Shown: positions 24,936 to 38,752 of the stretch, one piece after another | Numbering within the stretch: the first letter of the stretch is position 1 | Layout of the letters: each line of letters begins with the position of its first letter | NCBI RefSeq assembly: GCF_006345805.1 | Contig: NC_043000.1 | Span: 84,134,001-84,198,000 of the forward strand | DNA: 64,000 nucleotides | Source: Octopus sinensis | Taxonomy: Eukaryota | Direction of reading: 5' to 3' | Notes under the pieces: generated by a model | What the model was told of the DNA's origin: nothing | Databases searched by the model: none | Seen by the model: only the letters and a program-made list of their open reading frames with translations | Made by a program: the position numbers and the translations under genes

Positions 24936-25510
24936 ACTATACATCCTAACCATCCCTATACTTTTAATGCAAATTTGACCTAAGCGGGATTTGTACTTTG
25001 TTTCGGGAGAGTCCGAACAAATACCATGTGACATTTCTCCAACTTGCTAATAACTGCCAATTTAAAATAGAAAGCAAAACGACGCTCCGATTGTTGCTAG
25101 GTTTAAGTTATGTGGTGGCTTGTACCATATGCTACTCTCTCTTCATTGTACTTTACAATATCTGCCGATATTAGCTGGCTCTTGAATCTTTTCTAGTTGC
25201 TGCACCGTTGCATTGTATTTGCTGTTGTACAGCAGTCACATGTACAAATACCTTCATGTGGAAGATTTTGGTGCATGTGATAAAATGAATTACACATAAT
25301 GTTCTGAATTAAGTGACTGATATTTTACAACATTTCTTTGGACCCAAAGACAACACAATACTTTAGCTATGGTGTTACATTCGTAAGTTACCATTTACAC
25401 ATTGGACTCTCTGCTGCACACACCATGTTTATGTATATATATATGTTTATTTATCTATATCTATCAGTCTTCTCTCTCTCTCTCTCTCCCTCTGTATATA
25501 TATATATATA

Positions 25511-25562
<52 letters not shown>

Positions 25563-26031
25563 AAAAATTATATATAAAAAATACAAAATGGGACAAGAAC
25601 GCAAAAAACACAAAGAGACGACACAAAGAACGGACGGGTCATTCGAAGCCTCTAATCTTCAGTCAGGAACCGGATCGTCCTAGCAAATTTAGTAAGGAAT
25701 TGAAAGCGGCGTTACTGCAGTAAACATAATCGACTGCGCATACGCAATGTATGTGTTTTGTTTGTTCGCCAGTTTGTGACGGGGAGATACCTGAAGGACG
25801 ACTCCTTAATTGCACTGGATATTAATACACCTGAAAGACATAGGCAGGCGAGACAACTCACCACAGTACAGATCCCATTCAAGAGTGATGGATACCGATA
25901 TTTTGCTGTTCTTGTGGCTTAAGAATATTACTACCCGAATCGAAACGGCAAGCTGAATCGACAGTCTATGACAATATACAAATAGTGTAAAAACTATTTG
26001 CCGGTATGCCACGACGACACATACATAAGAT

Positions 26032-26360
26032 TAAGGCAGCGAGCTGGCAGAACCATTAGCACGCCGGGCGAAATGCTTAGCGGTATTTCGTCTGCCGCTA
26101 CGTTCTGAGTTCAAATTCCGCCAAGGTCAACTTTGCCTTTCATCATTTCGGGGTCGATAAATTAAGTACCAGTTACGCACTGGGGTCGATGTAATCGATG
26201 TAATCCGTTTGTCTATCCTGGTTTGTCCCCTCTGTGTTTAGCCGCTTGTGGGTAGTAAAGAAATAGGAGTTCAAATTCCACCGAGGTCAACTTTGCCTTT
26301 CATCCTTTTGTTTGTTCCCTCTGTGTTTAGCCCCTTGTGGGCAATAAAAAAAAAAAAGAT
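26032..26360 (+). mobile_element. Composite SINE (full copy + internally deleted second copy) with A-tail and 13-bp TSD
   Basis: ACATACATAAGAT at 26019-26031 and 26361-26373 flanks both parts. Confidence 0.85.
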
Positions 26361-26507
26361 ACATACATAAGATGAAATTCAGTACTAAATTAAAAGCAGC
26401 GCTAGTGTTGTAAACATTATCGGAAGCACATATGTCTGTGTGTGTGTTAATGTATGTATACGTGTATGTATGTATATTATATTATATTATATTATATTAT
26501 ATTATAT

Positions 26508-26570
<63 letters not shown>

Positions 26571-26592
26571 CATACATACATACATACATACA

Positions 26593-26625
<33 letters not shown>

Positions 26626-27447
26626 GCATGTATTTGTTAATATGCGTGTACGTTCGTGTCTATATTATTCTGTATAAGTATTATGTTTTATATATTCTAA
26701 AAATCTGTACTTATTGTGCATGTCTTTTATGTATACATTTATAGTCGAGCGCATGCAGAAAAATCTGTATACGTGTATTTTGTATATATGTATGTATAAA
26801 AGTGTATGTATATGTATATATATATGTACGTATGTGCGTAGTATGAGTGTACTTGTGTATGAGTATGTGTATTTATTTGTATACACACACACATGTCTAT
26901 GTAATTTGTTTATCCCATATAAATACACTGATAAGCCTATTGAGGCGTCGGTGTGTGAGTAAAATTCTGGAAAGTTCAAATGCTAGCTGTAATGTTTTTG
27001 TGATCTTGTTGACTTCGTAGAGAAGTTTATTGTTGTACACAGTCTCTAGCTATTAGTTTGACCTCTCTGCCTTTATGCATTCATCCATGAATTCTTTAGA
27101 ATCTTCAATTCACTAACTGTTTTGTCCTCACTTACCCATCTGTGTAGTCGGTTTGGGAAAAACTCTTTTATATCATTTGCTTATATTTTTATACATTTTA
27201 TTTCATATTTTCTCTTTCAGATATTTTTACATTATCTGTTGTTGCTTTATTTTTTATTCTGGTTATCTTGTTTGAATTAAGAGTGACTAATTCCTCTTCT
27301 TTTTTTTATCTAGGAACTTTAACTTGATTGATATTAGGATGTTCATATGTGATGAAAGATTTTTTCTGTAATAACAGCACAATATATCTTGACTACCTTT
27401 TACTAATAGAAGATGTATAATTGATTATAATATCCCGTTATTAGATC

Positions 27448-27543
27448 GTTACGCACTGGGGTCGATGTAATCGACTTAATCCGTTTGTCTGCCCCTGTTT
27501 GTCCCACCTATGTTTAGCCCCTTGTGGGCAATAAAGAAACAAG
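27448..27543 (+). mobile_element. SINE 3' tail fragment
   Basis: GTTACGCACTGGGGTCGATGTAATCGAC...CCCCTTGTGGGCAATAAAGAAA, as in the 26032 copy. Confidence 0.8.
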
Positions 27544-28651
27544 ATTGTTACTCATTTTAACAACACTAGAAGGATGAAAGTTAAAGTAGAATTTGATGGG
27601 ATTTAATAAGAGAACTAAATGTTATAAAACATTTGGCCAGACGGTCTACTGATTTTTCAAATCAAAAACAATCGACCATCTGCAGTATTTTTTTCTCCGT
27701 GGTATAGGTTTCTAACACTGGTAGAAGTCTACAAATGTTGAGGGACTTTAGCAATTGTAAACAGCCGTATTTGCCGGTGTGTAAGACGCATTCTCGTATA
27801 AAACCAACATTTTGTGGAAAAAGACATGTTTAATCTTTCATCATATACTCATGTACTCAGTATTCCACCTGTAATACGATCGCATTTAATGCATATCATT
27901 TGTCTTCGTTACATTTAACAATAAAAAAGTGCGTCTTTAAAAACCGGCATACAGGGTACTGCATTTTATCCAGCTTAGAATAAGAAAGAAAAGGTCAATT
28001 CTCGTTGGATTTGAGCTCAAGACATAAAGGTTCAAGACTAAATACGGTAATGCATTCGTTTAAATAATATTGCAATCTGTAATGCAATTTGTATCAGATT
28101 ATTACGTAGTGAGTTCGAAATATAGGCTACCTCTTTTCAAAGAATTTAATGAAGACATTTCCTCTTGATGGAATAGAATCGAGGTTTTACCTCAATGAGA
28201 TAGAATTTAAAGAAAAATTAAACTTGTTCTCATTATTTGGAGTGCTTTGGATATTTGCTATTTTATTTTATTTTTGTTTGGTGAACGGAGATATCCTCCA
28301 ATCCTCTAATAGTTTTATGCCAGATTGGCAAGGAAACTTAAATTCGGTTTAAGAGGATCGTAAAATGGCTCTTAGCGGTCTCTAGATATTAATACTAAAA
28401 TGTATTATTTAAACGAAAGCTAATGGCTTATCATTAAATCCAATAGGATATTTTATGTGTGTGTGTGTGTATGTGTGTGCGTGTGTATGTATACGTGACA
28501 ATACGTTTGTGTACTCGTATATTAATGTATAAATTTACGGTTCAGTGTTATATTCATAAATGCGCACACACGTACACAGATACACATACAACTAAACTCA
28601 TGGGCGCGTATGTATTAAATATTAAATTAAATATATATAAATATTATCTAC

Positions 28652-28726
<75 letters not shown>

Positions 28727-28833
28727 CACACACATATGCACACAAACACACACAATTAAATATATAAATTAAATAGATAGTTACATATATGTAAATATAA
28801 TACCTGTCTATCAATATATATATATATAAATGT

Positions 28834-28910
<77 letters not shown>

Positions 28911-29351
28911 TATGTACATGTATATACGCACGTATATATACATGCACATATGTATATATATATATATATGTAAATGTATATATGTATAAATGTATATGTG
29001 TGTATGTGTGCATGTGTGTGCATATCTTTGTATGTATGCGTGTATAAAAACAACAGAGGCATTTTCATATACGTATATATTTCTATGCCCATATGAAACA
29101 CGAGCATACAACTATTAGTGAAGTCATATGATTACAAATTTGCATCTATTACGAGAGCTTAAGCATATCCATTCCAAAACTTGTGTGTGTACGTGTGATT
29201 AATATGAACGCACTCACTTATACACATACACACACATACACACATGCACATACTCACTCATATATATATATATATATATATAGTTAATCCAAATATATAT
29301 ATATAATATATCTATATATATATATATACATATATATATATAGTTAATCCA

Positions 29352-29441
<90 letters not shown>

Positions 29442-29689
29442 TAAGCATAGATATGTATATATATTTGAAGAGAGAAAAAGGGAAGCAAGAAAGAGAGAGG
29501 TAAACAGACAGAAAAATGTAAATAACTATGTATGTGCATGTGTATGTGTGTGTGTGTATGTTCACGTATGTTTGTGCGTGTGTATCTGTGTATATATGTA
29601 TGTATATGTATATGTTTGTTTAAGTATGCATATGAGTTCATATATATATTTACAAATTATACCATTATATATATATATATACACCACAT

Positions 29690-29791
<102 letters not shown>

Positions 29792-30644
29792 ACATGCAAG
29801 TGTATGCATATGTACGTATGTATGATATATGTCCAGAGCGAGAGAGATAGAGAGAGAGAGCGAGAGAAGCATACACAGTGTGACATTGTGCGTGCTCGTG
29901 CGCATGTGTGTTTGAATATACTTACATTCGCTGAATATCCATGATGATTTAGATATTGAATAAATAATGGATATGGAGTATAAAGTTGAATATGCAACTT
30001 ACTCCACATTTTAAACAGGAATATAAGCATTTGCGTGTGTGTTTGTATGTATATATATATATATATCTTTGTCATATATATATGTGTGCATATATATATA
30101 TATATATGTGCGTATATGTATCTATCTGCATACGTATAAAGATGTGGTTTCGAGTGAATATTTGTATATCTGTATAATGAGATGATCATACGTGTCACAT
30201 ATTTTAAACATTTTACGTCATTTTCTGATTTTTTTTTTTTAAATTGATCAGTTTTTTTATGTTTTCAGTGGAGAAACGTTATTTAATGTTCTTGGTGTGG
30301 GATTAGACATTGCTACTTCGGTAAGATTAGTATTAATATGATCAATTATAGTAAGATTTTTGTGAAGAAGATTATGCTTTTTTATGAAAAAGAAATTGTG
30401 TTAGTAGCATATAAAAGCATATGCAATACATATCTTGAATAAAACTTAAGTCAACTTGCAGCTATAAGATGGGACAATTTATTAAGTTATGTAGTTATTC
30501 GAGATTGCTATTCGGCTAAATCAATAGAGCTTTGACTAAAAATAGTTTCTGATATATTTTACGTTCGGAGTTCGAATCTTAATCAGGCTTATTTTGAAAT
30601 TTTGTCTTTCTTTTGTCTTTTTGTCTTTCTTTCATTCAAGGTCG

Positions 30645-30848
30645 ATGCGGTAAGAAGTTTGTTTTGCAACCACATGGTTCAGTCTCATTACGTGGCACCT
30701 TGGGTAAGTGTCTCTGCTATAACCGGCAAAAGACATACGATAGAATAAGTACTCGGCTTAAGAATTAAGGTTTGTGTCTTCTGCTATAATCTCGGACCTT
30801 GTGAGAGAATTTGGTAGTCGGAAACTATAAGAAGCCCGTCGTATATAT
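30645..30848 (+). mobile_element. SINE 5' part (third family), rearranged
   Basis: GGTAAGAAGTTTG..CAACCACATGGTTCAGTC...GGAAACTATAAGAAGCCCGTCGTATAT. Confidence 0.75.
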
Positions 30849-33609
30849 ATTTGGGAACTAGCCTTTCACCAGTCTTTCACATTCGCTAAATACCCCCCCC
30901 CCACCTAATTTTGTTCATATTGCTTTAAATTTTGGTGTATCGATGCAACTCTGAGTTTACTTTTTCTCGTAAATTAAAGAATCTGATGTTATTCGGAATT
31001 AAAGTTGGAAAATTTGGATAATTTTAGCCAATCAACAGATAGCATGGCATTAGCAGCTTGTTACCATGACAACTCCACGCTGTATTGTGGTGCACTGTTG
31101 TCTATGCCGCTGTTAGCTGTAATTATTTTTCACACTTGATTCTTTGTTTTAATTTTTCTGTCTGTTAGTATATTACATATTTTTCTGTACTTCTCTGTGT
31201 TAGTATTTCTCTGTGCTTTTTCTGTGTGTTAGTATTTTAGCATATTTTTCATTTCATATATTTTGGGGACTCATTGACTCAGGTAGCTGGATTTATGATT
31301 TCACTAGGTTAATTCCATTCATAAAAAATTAAATTAGGAGTATTTCTTAAACCGTTAGCTTCATATTTCAGCAGCTTAACTGAAATTTAGCCCACGCAAC
31401 AGGAACTGAGAGGGATATCGTGGAATAGAGGAACTGTGGGTGATGCAGATAATTTAATATTATTTCTGAATTCTGCATGCAAAGACATATAAGATACCGG
31501 TATCCTTTTCTTTGGGACAAATTCTTTATTGACCAGTGTTATTTTTATCGTAGCTTACAAATCCAAGCATGAAAACGTTACTCAACTTTGGAGTTTTGGA
31601 GACAGACGCCCTCATTTTACACTTCGCGGACACACACACACACACACACACACACACTTATATATTAATGATGTACACAAATACATGACAGGTATACATA
31701 ATACTGAAATGCGCATAAATAAACACATGCAGATAAATATATTAATATAACAAATTTTAAAAAATAATAATAAAGATACTATCAATGAAGAGACAAAAGA
31801 AACAGTAAGTTGACACATGTTGATTTTATTAGGTATTTCTGTTTATTTAGAAACCTACAATGAACAGATCAGACGCTAAACTATAAATTTCACAGTGCAC
31901 AACCTTATAGTTGACACCGCTCCGCTAAACGCAGAAAATTTCTGTCACGCTGTTGGCTAAAAATATATAGTTTTTTTTCGATCTTTAAACCTCTGTAACT
32001 TTTTTCTCCATTTTTTTTTATTCTCCACAACATCACACCAAAGCAATGAGACTGGAAGGCTACATTATTAAAGCTGATTTGCAGTTCGGCAAAATAGAAC
32101 GACAGGATAAGTATCAAGCTTAAAAAAAGATACTAAGTTCGATTCCTTTAACTAAAAATCCTTCCCGGCGGTGCCCCAGTATGACTGCAGTCTAATGATT
32201 GAAATAAGTAAAAAAAGACAACAAAATATGTTTTGTGTGTATGTGACTATATTTTAACAGTAGATTCCCCAAATATGGTCATGCTGAAATAGCTGAAATG
32301 AATAAAATGGTTGAAAGTCACTTTATAACCTGAAATCGATATCCGCCCTCGTCTATTTATCCTTCCGAGGTCACCAAAATAAGTATGGAAACCCCAGGCT
32401 GACCAATGCGTTGTGAGAGAATTTGGTAGACATGGCCGCACTCCAATGACTGAAACAAGTACAGAAGAAAAAGAGAAAAACCGATATGATCGATAATGAA
32501 CAGAAAAAATAATGTTCCGGCAGGACCAAGACTGAAAGAGTGGAAGAGGTTAAAAAATAAAGACTGAAATCGACATTTTCGTTACATCTTTTATTAATCC
32601 TTCTTTAAAGTAATGAGACAAAGGTTATCATTTCTCTTCTTAATCTACAAAATGAAATTCATTTTTACATTCAGCTCTCCTTTTATTGAGCAGACTTATA
32701 ATGAAAGGCATTCAAGCTATTTTCAGAAATAATGTATCTACATCTACGCTGTTCAATTGGTTTAGTCTTTTAAGATGGTAAAATGACGTTTGAAGGAGAT
32801 TTGGCTGTTATTTCTAGCTCATTAACATACTACGTAAAGGCTCCGATGTTGGCTCGAAGGATTAGCTGTTGAAGAAGATGCTAGTCAGTAACATAATTCT
32901 GGAGAGGAGAGACAAACACAAAAATATTACCTGTCAAACGAATCTCTTTGACGTGTGTATTCGCTGCTAATACAGTATTAGATGCAAGTATATTTAGAAT
33001 ACACTCACAACAATAATCCGGAAATGGATTATTCAGTGTGATGAAGTTCACTCTTTCTGTCCCTCTATCACTCTTCCTCTTTTTCTCGTGCACACACATA
33101 TACACATCATAGAAACGCATACCTGTAGTTAACCACTGTTCTCTAACAAACATGTAACTTAGATTCTTCGGCCTACACCTAATTGTGCTCCTCACTCAAG
33201 AAAAACGAACATCACAGTACATTACACACAGAAGCACACATATTCATTTACAGACAGTTTTTTCATACTGATGCGTTAGAAGCTTAGCAAGTAACAGTGA
33301 TTTCACTGTTTTTGAGTCACGTTAGAGATGAAAGCAAATAACTGTACTTTTAGCGAAAAGCTCAGAGATAAATTTTTTTTTAATTATGTAACTCGAGAAA
33401 TATGAGTTAACTTTTTTGCAGGAAGACAACACAGTGTTGTAATCATTGAAGATAATGCAATATCTTTGTTATAAAGTAAAACATATATACATGTGTGTGT
33501 GGCGCGCGCGCATTTTGCTTACGATATGTGCACGCTCGCTTGCGTGTGTGTGTGTGTGTTGCTCATGACATAAGAATTTATACATACATACATACATAAT
33601 ACATACATG

Positions 33610-33905
<296 letters not shown>

Positions 33906-34028
33906 AAATGGTTAGAGAAAGTGTATAACATTTGCTCCCTACTCACGTTTCATCGTTGTGGTTGTTTGGAACGTCTGCACTGGATGCTCCATGCCCAATT
34001 GAAAGCTCAACCACGATTGCTATGTACT

Positions 34029-34085
<57 letters not shown>

Positions 34086-34279
34086 TGGATAGATACATAT
34101 TGTGTGTACAGTTGGCGGCCTGATGACTATAGTGACCAAACCTCTATACCAGATGCAGACGGCATGATAAAAATCTACATTTCAAGCTCCATAACTCAAA
34201 AGTAGCAGTCATCAGGCCGCCAACTGTACACACAATATGTATCTATCCATCCGTCTGTCTGTCTGTCTGTCTGCCTGCC

Positions 34280-34340
<61 letters not shown>

Positions 34341-34347
34341 ATCTATA

Positions 34348-34401
<54 letters not shown>
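34029..34401. repeat. Inverted repeat whose arms include mirrored microsatellites
   Basis: Near-perfect unique arms 34081-34128 / 34207-34254; (TAGA)n(CAGA)n on the left mirrored by (TCTG)n(TCTA)n on the right. Confidence 0.9.
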
Positions 34402-34402
<1 letters not shown>

Positions 34403-34405
34403 TGC

Positions 34406-34444
<39 letters not shown>

Positions 34445-34469
34445 GTATATGTATGTATGTATATATATA

Positions 34470-34872
34470 GGCGTTGCTGTGTGGTAAGAAACTTGCTTCC
34501 CAACCACATGGTTACGGGTTCAGTCCCACTGTGTGGCACCTTGGACAAGTGTCTTCTACTATAGCCCCGGGCCGACCAAAGCCTTGTAAAGTGGATTTGC
34601 TAGACGGAAACTGAAAGAAGCCCTTCTAACATATATATATATACATACATATATGTATGTATATGTTTGTGAGTCTGTTTGTCCCGCACCATCGATTGAC
34701 AACCGATGTTGTTTTGTTTGCGTTCCGGTAGCCAAACGGTTCGGCAAAAGATACCCATAGAATCAGTACTATGTTTACAAAGAATAAGTATTGGGGTCGA
34801 TTTGTTCGACTAAAGGTGGTGCTCCAGCATGGCCGCAGTCAAATGACTGAAACAAGTAAAATAATAAAAGAA
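34470..34872 (+). mobile_element. tRNA-derived SINE (third family), near full length
   Basis: GGCGTTGCTGTGTGGTAAG...GGTTCAGTCCC head, central TA-rich spacer, tail GGTGCTCCAGCATGGCCGCAGTCAAATGACTGAAACAAGTAAAA. Confidence 0.9.
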
Positions 34873-34900
34873 TACATATATATATATATATATATATATA

Positions 34901-35096
34901 CAAGGTGTCCCAAAAGCCACTGATGGGTTTTAGTTTTTCGTAACTTCCTTAATTTTTACAAATAAATGCATGAAAGTTTGATATAATATGAAGGACATAA
35001 TGGAAATTAATATGCACGAGTGAATTTTGCAACACTACTACATCACAGCAATATGATTTAAGGAAGTTATTACAAATTGAAACCCATCAGTGACTT
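34901..35096. mobile_element. Tc1/mariner-type MITE with truncated right TIR
   Basis: TA + CAAGGTGTCCCAAAAGCCACTGATGGGTTT..TAACTTCCTTAA mirrored by TTAAGGAAGTTA..AAACCCATCAGTGACTT (35058-35096). Confidence 0.75.
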
Positions 35097-35179
35097 ACAG
35101 ATGAGAGAAATATTCTCCGTATAGAATACACTTGGTAGTGCTCGAGAAGTTTAAACTTGAGCAGGTAGAGGAGTAAACG

Positions 35180-35574
35180 TAAGGATAAGCAAGTTAGGTA
35201 AGTCGATATACAAAAAATACTAAATTCATTTAATGCAAAAAATGTACATATCTTTAGGTCTAACTTAAACAGAAATGATATCAGGAAGTAAAAAGGTTGA
35301 ATAAGTGTTTTGCGAGTCCAGCAGCTGTTTCTGGGAGCTTGGTGGTCCAAAATAATGATTGTAAATTGATTCCATCATCGGACAATACCAGCCACCGTCT
35401 TCAGGGAAGAATTTCACATTCGAGGTGTTGAACACGTAAAACGTTTATTCAAGCCCTTTAATTCCTGATATCATTTCCATTCTGTGTAAGTCTTATATGT
35501 AAACATATGTACATTTTTGTATTAAATGTATTTAATATATTTGCATATCGACTGGCCAAACTTGCTTATTCTTA
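35180..35574. repeat. Diverged inverted repeat, ~135-bp arms
   Basis: 35180-35314 is the reverse complement, with mismatches and indels, of 35435-35574. Confidence 0.85.
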
Positions 35575-36335
35575 AATTTATTCCTATATTTATATACATA
35601 TATGAGAAACATACTTAACGTATGCAGTAGAATTTATTTATTCATACGTAGCAGACAATTTGATCCGTCGCTACTCGTCGATGCGGCAACATCGTCCCAT
35701 AGGAAGAATGAACATATCTATGTGTAAATACGTATGATTTGTTCAGTAAAAATAATATGCGAGACAAACAGTAATAATGTAGTCATCATAGCTTAAATGA
35801 ACTGATGATAATGTATAGGCTTGTTGTGTGCTTACTGAAGAGAACACTAATACAATTATACCCAATTAGTGATTCATGTCTCGTTGCTTGAATTACGCTC
35901 TTGTAGACTCACTCTGTCTGTCTGTCTGTGTGTCTCTCTCTCCCTCTCTCTCTCTCATACACACACACACACACACACACACACTTTATCTTTCTTTCTC
36001 TCACACACCCACAGTCTATCTATCACACATGCACAAACTCATATTCATGCTCAGATTTACATAAGCATCCAACCACCATCACCACCACCACCACCACATA
36101 CACATATTCATATGTATGGAAACACAAATACATGCACATACGTCTATATCCATTAAACAGTAGACATCTGCTTTCTATGACATATTTCAGCTTTCTACTC
36201 TCTGGTCGAGTTTATTAAAACAAATATTGTTACAGCTCAAAGTATTTTAATTAAGTTTGAATCTCATATTGAACACTCACAGCAAAAGATTATTTAAATG
36301 AAAAATTATTATTTAAAGATATATGTACAATGAAG

Positions 36336-36373
<38 letters not shown>

Positions 36374-36511
36374 GGAGAGAGAGACAGAGAGAGTGGAATA
36401 TATGCCCACTCACGTTTCTGTGTCTCTCTTTGTCCGTCTGTTTGTCTGTCTGACTGTCTCACTCTTTCTGGCTCTCATGTTTATATGTATATATATATAT
36501 TATATATATAT

Positions 36512-36575
<64 letters not shown>

Positions 36576-36630
36576 CACACACGCACATATGTATAGACAT
36601 ACATACATATATGTATATGTATACACACAC

Positions 36631-36953
36631 GTGAAGGCGTATGGCTCAGTAGTTAGAGCGTCAAGCTTACGATCGTGAGGTGAGCTCGAATCCCGGACCG
36701 GGCTGCGTTTTGTGTTCTTGAGCAAGACACACTTTATTTCACGTCGCTCCAGTTTACTCAACTGTAGAAATGAGTTGCGACGTCACAGGTGCTAAGTTGT
36801 ATCGACCGTTGCCTTTCCCTTGGATAACACTGGTGGCGTGGAGAGGGGAGGCCAGTATGCATGGGCGACTGCTGGTCTTCCATAAACAACCTTGCCCGGA
36901 CTTGTGCCTGGGAGGGTAACTTTCTAGGTGCAGTCATGACCGAAGGGGGTCTC
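36631..36953 (+). mobile_element. tRNA-derived SINE of a fourth family
   Basis: GTGAAGGCGTATGGCTCAGTAGTTAGAGCG...TCGAATCCCGGACCGGG head; reverse-complement match to 46987-47326. Confidence 0.9.
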
Positions 36954-37237
36954 ACTCATATATATATAAACTTTTTAATAATTTTTGATAGTTATATATA
37001 TAAAATAATTAAATGAAAATTTTTTTAATTTATTAATTTAAAATTTTAAAAATATTTAAAAAAATATAAAAATTTATAAATATAAATTAAAAATTTTAAA
37101 TTTAAATAATTTAAATTTTAAATTTTATATTTTATATATTTTGTATATTATATTATGTTTATTTTTATGTTTTGGTTTATGTTTTTCATTGATTTGCCTA
37201 ATAGTGGTTTTATCTCTAATTTAATTTATATATATAT

Positions 37238-37273
<36 letters not shown>

Positions 37274-38178
37274 ATGGACACATTCTCATCTTTGCTGCTA
37301 TAAAAACATTTGTCAATGGACCCGGAAGTTGTTCGCAAACAGCAGCAGTAATTGTCTTCAGCTGAATACATGCCATTGATTGGTTAAAATTACCCAAATA
37401 CGACAACTTTAACACGAAATAACTTATAAAATACAAAATTTTGTCAAAAACCTTAAATGTAAACCCTGTTCTACGTGACCCATTCTACCAGTATCCAAAG
37501 TTTCAAAGCGTTTAGTTTTAAAAAAAAATAAATTAAAAAATCTGTGCATGAGCTGGAATAAAGCCCGCAATGATTCCTAGCTCTCCCGGTTTCATCATAA
37601 GGTTGAAGTTTTGTTTGCAAGATTTGAATGAAACAGTTCTAACGTTAAAAAGTTGTCAACACCGGATTAAAAATAACAAATGCCAAATTCTGGTATATTT
37701 TATGATTTATTTTAACTGCGATATATCGATGTGTTGATGTTTGGTTTGTATTAGTTATTACTAAAGATTCTAGAGTTATTTTTCTCATTTTTGGCGGAAT
37801 TCTATACATACTTGTAGTTGTGGTGCCAAATAATATTTCCACGTGACCAGGGCAGCCTATGCAATCCGGTATCTTTATCATAATTTCTTTGCGATTATAA
37901 GAATATCATGAAACGTTAATGGAACAATGATTTGAGGAGCTCTTCTTTTTTTCTCTTTTTTTTCTTCTACACACTAAAGATAAAAAAACTAAGGAAATAA
38001 GAATATTCTTTGAAAAACATTTCAAACTGAAACGTAGTCGCATTTTTAAAATAGAACATCTTTGAAAGAAAAGCTGTTGCATGTGTACACACGGGCACGC
38101 ACACACACACACACACACACACATACACACACACAATATATTCATAATATATATTCCTATTTATATGTCCGTGTATCA

Positions 38179-38184
<6 letters not shown>

Positions 38185-38226
<42 letters not shown>

Positions 38227-38345
38227 GTACCCTTCTCCCGCTCTCCCTTTATCTATCTACCCATCTACCTATATAATTCTCTCTCTCTCAAATCTCTTCC
38301 TCTCTGTATATATATATATGTGTGTGTGTGTGTGGTGTGTGTGTG

Positions 38346-38376
<31 letters not shown>

Positions 38377-38456
38377 GTACCCTTCTCCCGCTCTCCCTTT
38401 ATCTATCTACCCATCTACCTATATAATTCTCTCTCTCTCAAATCTCTTCCTCTCTG

Positions 38457-38490
<34 letters not shown>
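38185..38490. repeat. Exact 150-bp tandem duplication in low-complexity sequence
   Basis: CCTTCTCCCGCTCTCCC... at 38231 and 38381. Confidence 0.9.
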
Positions 38491-38491
<1 letters not shown>

Positions 38492-38574
38492 ATGTGTGTA
38501 TGTATGTGTGCATGTGTGTGTGAGTATGCGTGCGTATATACATAAATATATACATATACACATACATACAAACA

Positions 38575-38608
<34 letters not shown>

Positions 38609-38671
38609 ATACTATATTTGTTCCACGTCCTCGCGTTGTTGTGTTTTCTCTTTGTGTTTTCATGTTTGGAT

Positions 38672-38752
<81 letters not shown>

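Noticed and set aside
25640-25685. CTGAAGA...TTCGAATGAC on the minus strand in a TA-flanked repeat
   Set aside because: Cannot be folded into a hammerhead; the element may be a PLE-related end but evidence is insufficient.
34120-34135. CTGATGA words in the 34.1-kb inverted repeat as hammerhead cores
   Set aside because: No stem II/GAAA/stem III arrangement with a matching stem I on either strand.
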